Assembly: GCA_038896535.1 (NCBI GenBank)
Contig: JAWACY010000001.1
Coordinates: 192,001-256,000 of the forward strand
Direction: 5' to 3'
Origin: Candidatus Anstonellales archaeon
GTDB taxonomy: Archaea; Micrarchaeota; Micrarchaeia; Anstonellales; J096
Length of the DNA: 64,000 nt
Below the pieces are notes generated by a model that saw only the letters and a program-made list of their open reading frames with translations, did not search any database and had not been told where the DNA came from. Positions 29,359 to 38,945 of the stretch are shown here, piece after piece (position 1 is the stretch's first letter; each line of letters starts with the position of its first letter). Made by a program: the position numbers and the translations under genes.

Positions 29359-31248
29359 TCATATGTCAAGTTCTCCCTCCAAAGCATATGTTTCTATGAA
29401 TGTCTTTCTTTTCTCTACATCTTCCCCCATTAATATTGAAAAAAGTTCATCTGCTATCTCAGCATCCTTTATTGTTACTTTATCAATTATTCTTTTTTCT
29501 GGCTGCATTGTTGTTTCCCATAATTGTTCTGGATTCATTTCTCCAAGGCCCTTATATCTTTGTATATTGCAATTTCCAATTTTATTTACTATGTTTTCTT
29601 TTTCTTCTTCTGAATATGCATAGTATATTGCCTTTCCTTTTGTTATCTTATAGAGTGGGGGATGTGCTATGTATATATGGCCATTTTCTATTAAAGGCCT
29701 CATATACCTAAAAAAGAACGTAAGAAGCAAGGTTTTTATGTGGTTCCCATCAACATCAGCATCAGTCATGATTATGATTTTTCCATATCTTAATTTACTT
29801 ATATCAAATTCCTCCTTTATGCCAGTGCCAATAGCTGTTATCAATGCCCTTATTTCTTCATTACTCAAAACCTTTATCCTGTTTGCTTTTTCAACATTTA
29901 TGACTTTTCCTTTTAATGGCATTATTGCTTGAAATTCTCTTGCTCTTGCCTGCTTTGCACTGCCACCAGCGCTTTCTCCTTCGACAATAAATAGCTCTGC
30001 TTTCTCAACATTTTTCTCAATACAATCAGCAAGCTTTCCAGGAAGCATGCTTGTTTCAAAGACACTTTTCCTCCTAACTGTTTCCTTTGCTTTTCTTGCT
30101 GCCTCTCTTGCTTCCATCGCTGATATTACTTTTTTCATTATTATTTTTGCATCTTCTCCATGCCTCTCAAGCCATTCTTGGAATTTGTCATAAAAAATTC
30201 TTTCAACAATGCCCTTTATTTCATTATTGCCCAGCTTTGTTTTTGTTTGCCCTTCAAATTGCGGGGATGGTATTCTAACATGCAAGACGGCAGCAAGCCC
30301 TTCAAGCACATCCTCGCCAGAAACCTTTTGGCTCTGGCCATTTTTTCTCATATACTCATTTATGCCTCTTGTTAAAGCTGCCTTAAATCCTATTACATGA
30401 GTTCCCCCTTCTTCATTTCTTATTGTATTTGTAAATGCATGTATTGAATCATAAAATGTTTCATTGTATTGCAATGCTATTTCTATTGCAACGTTTCCTG
30501 CAATAGCATCATTCTCTTCTGATTTAATATATGCTATATTTTCATGTATTGGTTTTTTTGCCTCATTAATTGCCTTAACGAAATCTATAAGGCCGTTGTT
30601 AAATAAATATTTTTCCATCTCCCCATTGAATATAAATGTTATTGAAAGTCCAGGATTAAGGTAGGCTATTTCTTTTAATCTTGTTCTTATAATTGAGCTG
30701 TCCCATTGCTCATCGCCAAATATCTCTTTATCAGGCACAAACTTAACTATTGTTCCTGTTTCTGAATTTTCTGTTTTTCCTATCTCCTCAACCTGGCTCA
30801 ATACATTGCCCTTTGAGTATTTTTGTCTATATATTTTATTATTTCTTTTTACGATAACTTCCATTTCTTGCGATAAGGCACATACAACGCTAATACCAAC
30901 ACCATGTAAGCCGCCAGAGACTTTATAAGCAGTTTTTTCAAATTTTCCTCCTGCATGCAGCATTGTAACAACAGTTTCTAAAGTGCTTTTTCCTGTTTCT
31001 GGATGTGTTTCAACTGGAATGCCTCTTCCATCATCGCTTATTATTGCAGCATTTCCCTGTATTTCTACAATAATATTTTTGCAATAGCCAGCCATTGCTT
31101 CATCGACACTGTTATCTATAACCTCCCATAAAAGGTGGTGCATGCCCTTTTTTCCAGTATCTCCTATATACATTGCTGGCCTTAATCTTACGCCCTCAAG
31201 CCCTTTCAATACTTTAATATCCTTCGCCGTGTATTCATTATTTTCCAA
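29359..31248 (-). CDS. gyrB: DNA gyrase subunit B
   Basis: [55 protein letters not shown] start at 31248 after GGTGGT. Confidence 0.97.
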   Translation of the reverse strand: MENNEYTAKDIKVLKGLEGVRLRPAMYIGDTGKKGMHHLLWEVIDNSVDEAMAGYCKNIIVEIQGNAAIISDDGRGIPVETHPETGKSTLETVVTMLHAGGKFEKTAYKVSGGLHGVGISVVCALSQEMEVIVKRNNKIYRQKYSKGNVLSQVEEIGKTENSETGTIVKFVPDKEIFGDEQWDSSIIRTRLKEIAYLNPGLSITFIFNGEMEKYLFNNGLIDFVKAINEAKKPIHENIAYIKSEENDAIAGNVAIEIALQYNETFYDSIHAFTNTIRNEEGGTHVIGFKAALTRGINEYMRKNGQSQKVSGEDVLEGLAAVLHVRIPSPQFEGQTKTKLGNNEIKGIVERIFYDKFQEWLERHGEDAKIIMKKVISAMEAREAARKAKETVRRKSVFETSMLPGKLADCIEKNVEKAELFIVEGESAGGSAKQARAREFQAIMPLKGKVINVEKANRIKVLSNEEIRALITAIGTGIKEEFDISKLRYGKIIIMTDADVDGNHIKTLLLTFFFRYMRPLIENGHIYIAHPPLYKITKGKAIYYAYSEEEKENIVNKIGNCNIQRYKGLGEMNPEQLWETTMQPEKRIIDKVTIKDAEIADELFSILMGEDVEKRKTFIETYALEGELDI

Positions 31249-31417
31249 AATACCACCTACATAGCAATATAAGAAAAAAACATTGTTATTCTTGTTATTA
31301 ATATTAATTATCAATATTTTTATTTATTTTTATCATTTTACTCATATTTTTATTTTGCTCATATTTTTCATAACACAAAATATCATAGCCGTATCATCGC
31401 CATATAATAGCCAATCA

Positions 31418-33685
31418 TCACGCCAACATATTCTTTGCTTGTTCAGCATTTTTGCTTAATTCTTCAATAACTTCTTTTTTAGCTATTATTAATATTGTTT
31501 TATCACCAACCTTTTTTATAACCATGCTATTGCTTAATCCCTCTGCATTTAATGCCTCTGTTCCAATAAAGTCAATTTCTTCTTTTATCAACGCAGCAAG
31601 ATTTTTCATTAAACTTTTCTTTTCTTGCTTTATATAAGATGCAATAATGTTCTTATCTTTTAAAACTATGATTGCTGAAACCTTATCTTTTTTATCTTTG
31701 TACAAATGCTCTATATAGATATCTGCTTTCTGCTCTTCTGTCAATTTTCTTTTTACAAGCATTACTCCCTCTATTGAACTGAATTTTTCTGGATGTTCTT
31801 TAATGTATTCTTTTGCTGCCCAGAAGCGCCATTCTATTGGTATAGCAACAAGCGCATCAAGAGGGAGTTGATCAACTTTTTCTATTTTTTCATTTATATA
31901 ATCAAGCCATTCTCTTCTTTTTTGTTTTGCCAGTTCGACCTTTTGACTTACAGATGCTGATATGCTATTAACAGCATTTATATAACCGACTATTTTGTCT
32001 CTAACCTCTTTTTGGTTTGGATTGCTGTAAATTTCTTTCTTTATTGCATCAATTGGTATTGATAACAATTGCGACATTTGCTGGCCAACATCCATCTCCA
32101 TTTCTGCAGCCTTATCAAGTGCTTTTTTTGTTTTTTCTATATTATCACTCAATGTTTGCCATAGCTTCAAGTTTTTATTCTGGGTTGGAGCCTCAACTGC
32201 TTCGTCATACTCTTTTCCAGAGAGAAGCCTTTTAATCCTATCTATAAATGACAGACTGAGGAATAATAGGCCTGCAGCATAACCAGCAGTATTAATTATT
32301 ATCAATGGATCTTGCGTTACCAATGTTATTAAACTATTTAATGATAATTTTTGCATAGAAATTGGCGACATTATATAAATATCAAGAACATAGCTGGCAA
32401 TTAATAATATTGAACCAATAGCCATATCAGTTGTCCATGTTAATGAAGCAAAACCAAAAGCCCTTCTTAATGAGTATATGATTGGTTTTCTTTGCCTTAT
32501 AAGAGATATGAGCCTTAATATATAAGCAGCAAGTTCAAGTATAATAATTAGTATAAATGCAAAAATCCATATAATGATGCCAAGACTTAACTTTGTCATG
32601 TTTGTTGCCTGAAATGCTGGCATGTAAATTGTGTTAAGATTATTAACAAGTCCTTCAATATTTGATATGTCTATAAAAACAAGCCTTACTTCTGCTTTAA
32701 CGTCATTCCATATCTCATATTGTATTATATCCCTTGATAATGCTCCAATAGCATAATATAAAATATAAATTTTTGCGTCGTTTGTAAACCTTATGTCGCT
32801 ATAATCAAGCCTAATTGGATTTGTCCCTGCTCTCCTTATTGCAGTGCTTAAGACATAATCTTTTATGTTTGAATCAATTCTTGGGTCTATTGTTTCTCTC
32901 ATACTAACTTCTATTGTATTAGTCCCAATATTGCTGCCAGTTATAGAAGTGATGACAAATGCTTTATGCCTTACTACATTTGCTGTGCCAACATATTTTG
33001 TTAAATTGCCAAGTTCATATGAGAATGAGCAGAATTTTGCATCTTTTATTAATGGATGCTCTTCCATCTCTTTCAATATAAACTGTAATGTTGTGATCCT
33101 TGAGGAGATATCTTTTGATGTATCGCCCGGCTTTAATGCCTGGCTTAATAGAAGCAATGCTCTTAATTGCTCATCTCTCTGCCTGAGCAAGTTTGAGTAA
33201 TCATATAACATTAATCCATATTTTTGTTCTTTACATGCTTTAGAAAGGCATGAGTTCTCGCAACTTTTTTCATCATTACATAATAATGGCTCAAATAAAG
33301 ATTTGCATGAAACATCCTCCTTTATTAAGTTTTCATTTATTGCTATTATCTCATTTTTTAGTTTTGCTGTCTCGTTTTCATCTATCAATATGCTTTTAGG
33401 ATTAACTTCTATAACATCCGGGTATAGATAAATTTTCCTGTTAATGAATAATGTTGAATTACCGGCATTTGTTTTTGTTTCTGTATAATATATATTGTAT
33501 ATATCTGGCACTCCATTTTCATCAATATCTGATGATGAAATGCTTGATAATGGCATATTTTCTTGTAAGTTTTTTTCAACTCTAAATATGCAACCATTAA
33601 GAAATAACAAAAATGCTAATAAAAATAAAAACAAAAACCTTGCTTTATTATCAATGAAATGCATAAATTGTTTTTTGTGTAGCAT
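31418..33685 (-). CDS. Large multidomain membrane protein
   Basis: LNGC lipobox-like signal, DIDENGVPD Ca-binding-like loop, Cys cluster, about 3 TM helices, coiled-coil, C-terminal alpha/beta domain. Confidence 0.75.
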   Translation of the reverse strand: MLHKKQFMHFIDNKARFLFLFLLAFLLFLNGCIFRVEKNLQENMPLSSISSSDIDENGVPDIYNIYYTETKTNAGNSTLFINRKIYLYPDVIEVNPKSILIDENETAKLKNEIIAINENLIKEDVSCKSLFEPLLCNDEKSCENSCLSKACKEQKYGLMLYDYSNLLRQRDEQLRALLLLSQALKPGDTSKDISSRITTLQFILKEMEEHPLIKDAKFCSFSYELGNLTKYVGTANVVRHKAFVITSITGSNIGTNTIEVSMRETIDPRIDSNIKDYVLSTAIRRAGTNPIRLDYSDIRFTNDAKIYILYYAIGALSRDIIQYEIWNDVKAEVRLVFIDISNIEGLVNNLNTIYMPAFQATNMTKLSLGIIIWIFAFILIIILELAAYILRLISLIRQRKPIIYSLRRAFGFASLTWTTDMAIGSILLIASYVLDIYIMSPISMQKLSLNSLITLVTQDPLIIINTAGYAAGLLFLSLSFIDRIKRLLSGKEYDEAVEAPTQNKNLKLWQTLSDNIEKTKKALDKAAEMEMDVGQQMSQLLSIPIDAIKKEIYSNPNQKEVRDKIVGYINAVNSISASVSQKVELAKQKRREWLDYINEKIEKVDQLPLDALVAIPIEWRFWAAKEYIKEHPEKFSSIEGVMLVKRKLTEEQKADIYIEHLYKDKKDKVSAIIVLKDKNIIASYIKQEKKSLMKNLAALIKEEIDFIGTEALNAEGLSNSMVIKKVGDKTILIIAKKEVIEELSKNAEQAKNMLA

Positions 33686-33740
33686 TTAAAAATATTAACT
33701 TCTCTTGCTTTTTATTGCTTTTTTTGTTTTTTCATAGCCA

Positions 33741-34271
33741 TTAAAAAGTGTCCTTTCCAGTTAATTTTGAATACATTATTTGTTCTCTTATTTTAGATAA
33801 GTAATTTAATACAGAACTGTGCTTGCTGCCATTAAGAATTTTCATTATTGCTTCTTTTGCATATGTCATAGTGTAGTATGGTGCTATTATGCTTATACTA
33901 TGTCCATAAACAGCGATTAAACAATCAGCTGAGCTTTCTATCTCTTTTTTTATTCTCCCCATCTTTCCTATTACCCTTCCTTTCAGCCTTTTTATGCAGT
34001 TTTCTGTATTGCAAAAATCTCTTAAATCTATTGACTCAAACGCATTTTCATTTGATAAAAGCTTATAAGCTTGTTCTTTGCTAAAGCCTTTTGCAATTGC
34101 TTTTATTACTGGCATAGCAAAAAATACATTTTCAGCATTGCCCTTTATATGAATAACATTATCAGAAAATTCTATAATAATATTAAGCTTTTTCTCCAGC
34201 TCTTCTTTCTCTTTTTTTATCAATTCAAGCCTTTTAAAGCTTACTTTTATTGTCTCAGCGCTTTCTTCCAT
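33741..34271 (-). CDS. KH-domain ribosome biogenesis protein (Dim2/Pno1/Krr1-like)
   Basis: VIKAIAKGFS, RLKGRVIGKMG, VYGHSISII, GSKHSSV. Confidence 0.9.
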   Translation of the reverse strand: MEESAETIKVSFKRLELIKKEKEELEKKLNIIIEFSDNVIHIKGNAENVFFAMPVIKAIAKGFSKEQAYKLLSNENAFESIDLRDFCNTENCIKRLKGRVIGKMGRIKKEIESSADCLIAVYGHSISIIAPYYTMTYAKEAIMKILNGSKHSSVLNYLSKIREQIMYSKLTGKDTF

Positions 34272-35036
34272 TTAGGCCCCACCAATATTGCCATTATTTT
34301 TATTATTTTCTATTATTAATTTTAATATGCCGGCATTTGTCTCGTCAGTTTCATCCTTTATAAGTTTTTTAGCAAGTTGTTTAATATCCTCATTTTCTTT
34401 TAACAAAAACAATGCATTCAAGCATATTCTCCTGACTTTCTTGTCCCAATCAGACGCAAGGAACTTAAATAAATCAAGTACTTCCTTTTTGTTAATAAAT
34501 CCTTGTAAAACATTCAGAGCCATGTATTGTGATTCACCGAATTCAAATTTAGCTATATTAAAGATTTCATTAAAATACATTTCTTTTATCTCATCTGACA
34601 TATGTGAGATTAATAAAATAAATTCATAAGCATGCTCCTTTGCAAGGCCTTTTAACAAGTTTTTTGTCATTTCTTTTATTTTGCTATTATCATCTTCCCC
34701 TTTTAAAAGCCTTTCAAAAGCTATGCTTAGCTCAACTTGCTCAGCAAGAAGCTTTATTGTTTTTAATATGCATTCATTGCATTCAGCCTTTATGTAAAGA
34801 GCCATTGTATAATAGCATAAGGTTGCCTTAGAAATGTTTATTAATGGCTTTAGTTCCTTATTCTTTAGATACCTCTCCAATATTCTTGGCGTTAACATTA
34901 TATGGTTTTTTATAATACTAATAGCTTCATCATACTTTCCATCTTTAACTCTATTTATTGCCATCCAGTATAGCTTATCAACATTTTCTTCATGCAATAC
35001 ATCCATAACATCCCAGGATTTTTTCTTCTCAGCCAT
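34272..35036 (-). CDS. Hypothetical HEAT-repeat-like helical protein
   Basis: All-helical; LASDWDKKVRRICLNAL HEAT-like motif. Confidence 0.65.
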   Translation of the reverse strand: MAEKKKSWDVMDVLHEENVDKLYWMAINRVKDGKYDEAISIIKNHIMLTPRILERYLKNKELKPLINISKATLCYYTMALYIKAECNECILKTIKLLAEQVELSIAFERLLKGEDDNSKIKEMTKNLLKGLAKEHAYEFILLISHMSDEIKEMYFNEIFNIAKFEFGESQYMALNVLQGFINKKEVLDLFKFLASDWDKKVRRICLNALFLLKENEDIKQLAKKLIKDETDETNAGILKLIIENNKNNGNIGGA

Positions 35037-35077
35037 TCAACCACTCTTCAATGCTTTATTCTTTGCTCAATTACACC

Positions 35078-35311
35078 TTCTATCACATGTTCGATCACAT
35101 CTTCGATCATTTTTCGATTTTTAATAATACTTATTTTAATAATACTTAAAATTAATACTTAATAATGTTTAATAATATAATAATATTAATAATACGGTAG
35201 GATTTTAATAATATGATTATGATTTTTTACTTAATTTTTTTACTTAATTTTAAAATTTTTTACCCAATTTAATTTTAATTTTACCAGTAATTTTAATTTT
35301 ACCAATTAATT
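35078..35311. repeat. AT-rich intergenic region built from short degenerate tandem repeats
   Basis: TTCGATCACAT-like 12-bp period x3, TTTTAATAATACTTA x2, TTTTTACTTAA x2, AATTTTAATTTTACCA x2. Confidence 0.7.
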
Positions 35312-35710
35312 TTAATTTATTATAAATAAATTGCTATCTTTTATTTCACAAAGGAAATAAGCTATGCCATTATATCTTATTATATAAAAACCATTTTTTA
35401 TGCCATATAAATTCATTTTTCTTAGATCCATGGCTTTATTTTCACATAATAATAAAAGGGCATCTCTGCTTATATCCAATGTTTTAATATTATTTATCTC
35501 TTTGTACTGCCTAAATACAGGCAAAAATGCTGGAGTTGGCATATAACTTTTATTTATTATACAAATGCCTTTTTGCAAAGCTTGATGCTGCATAAGTTCT
35601 TTTGATGCAATAAAAGTGCAACCAGCCTTTTTATATGTATAAAAATTTTTTTCTCTTATATTATTTATAAATTGGGCCATTTCATTTTTGATTATTTCAT
35701 TTCTTGCCAT
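35312..35710 (-). CDS. Hypothetical protein, possibly a PUA/NIP7-like RNA-binding domain
   Basis: 132 aa; weak resemblance only (MPTPAF...LLCENKAM...GFYIIRYNG). Confidence 0.5.
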   Translation of the reverse strand: MARNEIIKNEMAQFINNIREKNFYTYKKAGCTFIASKELMQHQALQKGICIINKSYMPTPAFLPVFRQYKEINNIKTLDISRDALLLLCENKAMDLRKMNLYGIKNGFYIIRYNGIAYFLCEIKDSNLFIIN

Positions 35711-35800
35711 TATTATGCTGAATGCTATAAATATTTAAAAAATGTAACTACACAAAATACACAAAATTAAAAAGGTTAAAAAAGATAAAAAAAGAAAAAA

Positions 35801-35872
35801 GCGGTCGTAGTCTAGTGGTTAGGATGTAGGCCTTCCAAGCCTGAGACCCGGGTTCAAATCCCGGCGACCGCA
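35801..35872 (+). tRNA. tRNA-Gly(TCC)
   Basis: GCGGTCG/CGACCGC acceptor, TAGGC-CTTCCAA-GCCTG anticodon arm, CCGGG-TTCAAAT-CCCGG. Confidence 0.96.
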
Positions 35873-36049
35873 ATTAATCTTACAACTAATTTTAGGCATA
35901 TTAATTAATTTAATTAATCCATATTGTTATAATATTGTTATAATTACTATAATTAAATGATTGAATGACCGAAAAGTTTATAAATAAGTTATGACATTTA
36001 ATTATTATACTGTTTATTGTTTTACAAAATTAATATTTGAGGTGAAAAA

Positions 36050-37045
36050 ATGCCACTAAATAAAACAATAAAAAAAGGAAAAAATGTAGTTGCTAGTAAA
36101 AAGAAGCAGGAAAATGCAGAAGAAGGGATACATGTAAAAGTAGTGAAGAAATGCCCAGAATGTGGGAGCAATGATATAGTAAGAGATTACACAAGAGGGG
36201 AGATGATTTGCAGGAATTGCGGGCTCGTTATAGCAGAAAACCTAGAAGATTTTGGCCCAGAATGGAGAAGCTTTGATACAGAGCAAAAGGCAAAAAGAGC
36301 AAGAGGTGGATCTCCAGTAACATTAATGAAGCCCCATAAGGGACTTGTTACTGAAATAGACCAATATAATAAAGATATAAGGGGCGCAAGAATAGATGTA
36401 AAGCAGCAAGCACAATTGCACAGGCTTAGAAAATGGCATAGACGTGTTTCAGTAGCAACAAGCTTTGAAAAAAATCTGGCCATTGCACTTTCAGAACTTG
36501 ATAGAGTTGGTTCAACATTAGGCTTACCAAATAATGTTAAAGAGGCAGCAGCAAATCTGTATAGGAAAGCAGTAAAGCAAGAGCTTATAAGAGGAAGGCT
36601 TATTGAAAGCATTGTTGCAGCAATAATATATTCAATATGCAGAATACATGGAATACCAAGAACATTGGAAGAGATAAGTAAAGCAAGCGGGATAGAGAAA
36701 AAAGAAATAGGCAGGGCTTACAGATTTTTGAAAAAAGAGCTAGATATAAATATTCCATTGACAGATCCCAGCAATTATGTGCCAAAATTCGCTTCTGCAC
36801 TTGGGCTAAGTCCTAAAGTCCAGGAAGAAGCAGTAAAGCTTATTAAGAAGTCATTGAAAAAAGGCCTTATATCTGGTAGAGGCCCAACTGGTGTTGCAGC
36901 AGCAGCAATATACATAGCAGCAGCTGAGCAAGGAGAGAGAAAAACACAAAAAGAGGTTGCTGAAGTAGCAGGAGTTACAGAAGTGACAATAAGAAATAGG
37001 TATAGAGAGCTTAAAAAAGAACTTGGCCTTAAAATAAATCTTTAA
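36050..37045 (+). CDS. tfb: Transcription initiation factor IIB
   Basis: CPECGS...CRNCG Zn ribbon, GPEWRSF B-reader, two cyclin repeats, VTEVTIRNRYREL; GAGGTGA SD. Confidence 0.98.
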   Translation: MPLNKTIKKGKNVVASKKKQENAEEGIHVKVVKKCPECGSNDIVRDYTRGEMICRNCGLVIAENLEDFGPEWRSFDTEQKAKRARGGSPVTLMKPHKGLVTEIDQYNKDIRGARIDVKQQAQLHRLRKWHRRVSVATSFEKNLAIALSELDRVGSTLGLPNNVKEAAANLYRKAVKQELIRGRLIESIVAAIIYSICRIHGIPRTLEEISKASGIEKKEIGRAYRFLKKELDINIPLTDPSNYVPKFASALGLSPKVQEEAVKLIKKSLKKGLISGRGPTGVAAAAIYIAAAEQGERKTQKEVAEVAGVTEVTIRNRYRELKKELGLKINL

Positions 37046-37093
37046 TCTTTTCTTTTTTTAGCCATACATTAGCATAAGTTAGAGAAGCGTAAA

Positions 37094-37729
37094 ATGCAAG
37101 AAATGCATGAAATAAATAACTTGTTAATTTATAAAAAGCTTAAAAGATTCTATGGCAGCAGGCATGATTGGTGGCCTTGGGGCAATTCCATATTCATGCC
37201 AGTTTCAGCAATATTAACACAAGCCACGAGCTGGAAAAATGTAGAGAAAGCAGTAAGAAACTTAAAAAGCAATAACCTTGATAGTATTGTTAAATTGCTT
37301 TCTATTGGTGAAAAAAAGCTTGCTGAACTAATAAAGCCAGCAGGATTTTACAGACAAAAGGCAAAGAGATTAAGGGCTTTATTGCAACTATTACATAAGC
37401 ATAAGAGAATAACAAGAAAAAAGCTTTTATCATTAAATGGCATAGGTAAAGAAACGGCTGACAGCATATTATTGTATTATTTTAACAGGCCATATTTCGT
37501 AATTGATGCCTATACAAAAAGGTTTCATAAGAGGTTAACTGGAAAAGATGAAAAAGAATATGATAAGCTTGCTTCAATATACGGGAAAGGATTAAGCGTT
37601 AGGCAAATGAAAGAGATGCATGCCCTTATTGTGGAACATTCAAAACATGTTTGTAAAAAGAAACCAGATTGTATGGCATGTCCTTTAAAAGATATATGCC
37701 ATTACTTTATATATGAAAAAAGAGCATGA
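37094..37729 (+). CDS. Endonuclease III-like HhH-GPD DNA glycosylase
   Basis: AILTQATSWKNV, GFYRQKA, LNGIGKETAD, VIDAY, C-x6-C-x2-C-x5-C 4Fe-4S motif. Confidence 0.9.
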   Translation: MQEMHEINNLLIYKKLKRFYGSRHDWWPWGNSIFMPVSAILTQATSWKNVEKAVRNLKSNNLDSIVKLLSIGEKKLAELIKPAGFYRQKAKRLRALLQLLHKHKRITRKKLLSLNGIGKETADSILLYYFNRPYFVIDAYTKRFHKRLTGKDEKEYDKLASIYGKGLSVRQMKEMHALIVEHSKHVCKKKPDCMACPLKDICHYFIYEKRA

Positions 37730-38921
37730 AAAAATTTTTACAACGCAGCCCATATTTGAGCCATCTGAATTGCCAGCCTTTAAAGAGAAACAGTTTGATT
37801 CTATTTCTTTATTACCTGAGCAAAAAAGCCCTTCAACTATTTCACAATTTTTAGATTTTATAGAGTCATTGCTACCAATGCTTTTATTCCTTGGCATTTC
37901 ATTAAGCAAAAGCGATATAGAAAGGCTTTTTGCACTTGCTAATAAACCAGATAGCATGGAAAAAATAAGAGACATGGAGGAAATAGCAAAAAGCTTACCA
38001 GAAAATTTTGATATAAGGGCAAAGGCATTAAAGCTTGCAGCAATGTCAATAATGGAATTTTGCCATACTTATGGATGTTTGCCAGAAGCAAAAAAGCTTG
38101 CTTATGATTGGGAAAAGGAAAAAATGGCAAAGCGTGCTAAAATGGAAGATATCCCAGCAAGTTTGCCATCTTTACAAGATTTGGTAAAAGAAAAAGAATT
38201 AAAATTAGAGAAAAATGTTTATCTAACAAGATTTGTTTATATGATATCAAAGACAGTTGAGGAAAAAAATAAAGAAAAGGCTTATATGGATTTATTAACT
38301 GCAATAAATGCAAATAAAGAATTAAGCAGGATAGCAACAAACGCAATAATAGAGGAGGAGATAAAAAAAGGAAATTTCCAAGCAGCAGAGCAAATAATAA
38401 AGAAAGCAGATTCATTTGGCGTAGGTTACGATTTTACTATAACGTTAAAAAATGATATAAGAGGAGTAGAAGAAGAGAAAAAAGAAAAAGAAGAAAGCAT
38501 AAAAAGAGAAAAGAAAGAAGAGCAGGAAAAACAAGAAAAAGAACGTGATATTAAAATAGAGGGCAGCGATTACCAAATATTGATAAAACATGACATGATA
38601 AAAGAGGCAATGGAAGAAAATAAATTGGCTGATATTAAGTTTGACATAAGCAAGGATATGCAAGAATTGATAATAAGAATTTTTTTATCTGGCAACATTG
38701 TTGCTAATTTTTCTGGTGATGGCATATATTTTGTTATTGAAAAAGAAGATAGCTCAGTTTTAAAAATAGTGGCGAATGAAACATTTAAACTTGATTATGG
38801 TAATTATAAATTAATTGGCCCATTTGATATTATATTAGAATCAAGATATGGGCACATATTATATAAAGTTAAAGAACAAGTTATTGTCCATTTGACTGTA
38901 AAAAGAAAAATGCAAGCATAA
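37713..38921 (+). CDS. Hypothetical protein
   Basis: 402-aa ORF with a charged E/K linker; no motif recognised; lies directly upstream of mcm. Confidence 0.7.
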   Translation: MKKEHEKIFTTQPIFEPSELPAFKEKQFDSISLLPEQKSPSTISQFLDFIESLLPMLLFLGISLSKSDIERLFALANKPDSMEKIRDMEEIAKSLPENFDIRAKALKLAAMSIMEFCHTYGCLPEAKKLAYDWEKEKMAKRAKMEDIPASLPSLQDLVKEKELKLEKNVYLTRFVYMISKTVEEKNKEKAYMDLLTAINANKELSRIATNAIIEEEIKKGNFQAAEQIIKKADSFGVGYDFTITLKNDIRGVEEEKKEKEESIKREKKEEQEKQEKERDIKIEGSDYQILIKHDMIKEAMEENKLADIKFDISKDMQELIIRIFLSGNIVANFSGDGIYFVIEKEDSSVLKIVANETFKLDYGNYKLIGPFDIILESRYGHILYKVKEQVIVHLTVKRKMQA

Positions 38922-38945
38922 AAAATTTTCTATTTAATATATATT

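Noticed and set aside
7496..35872. tRNA introns or split tRNAs
   Set aside because: All four tRNAs fold as complete, uninterrupted cloverleaves
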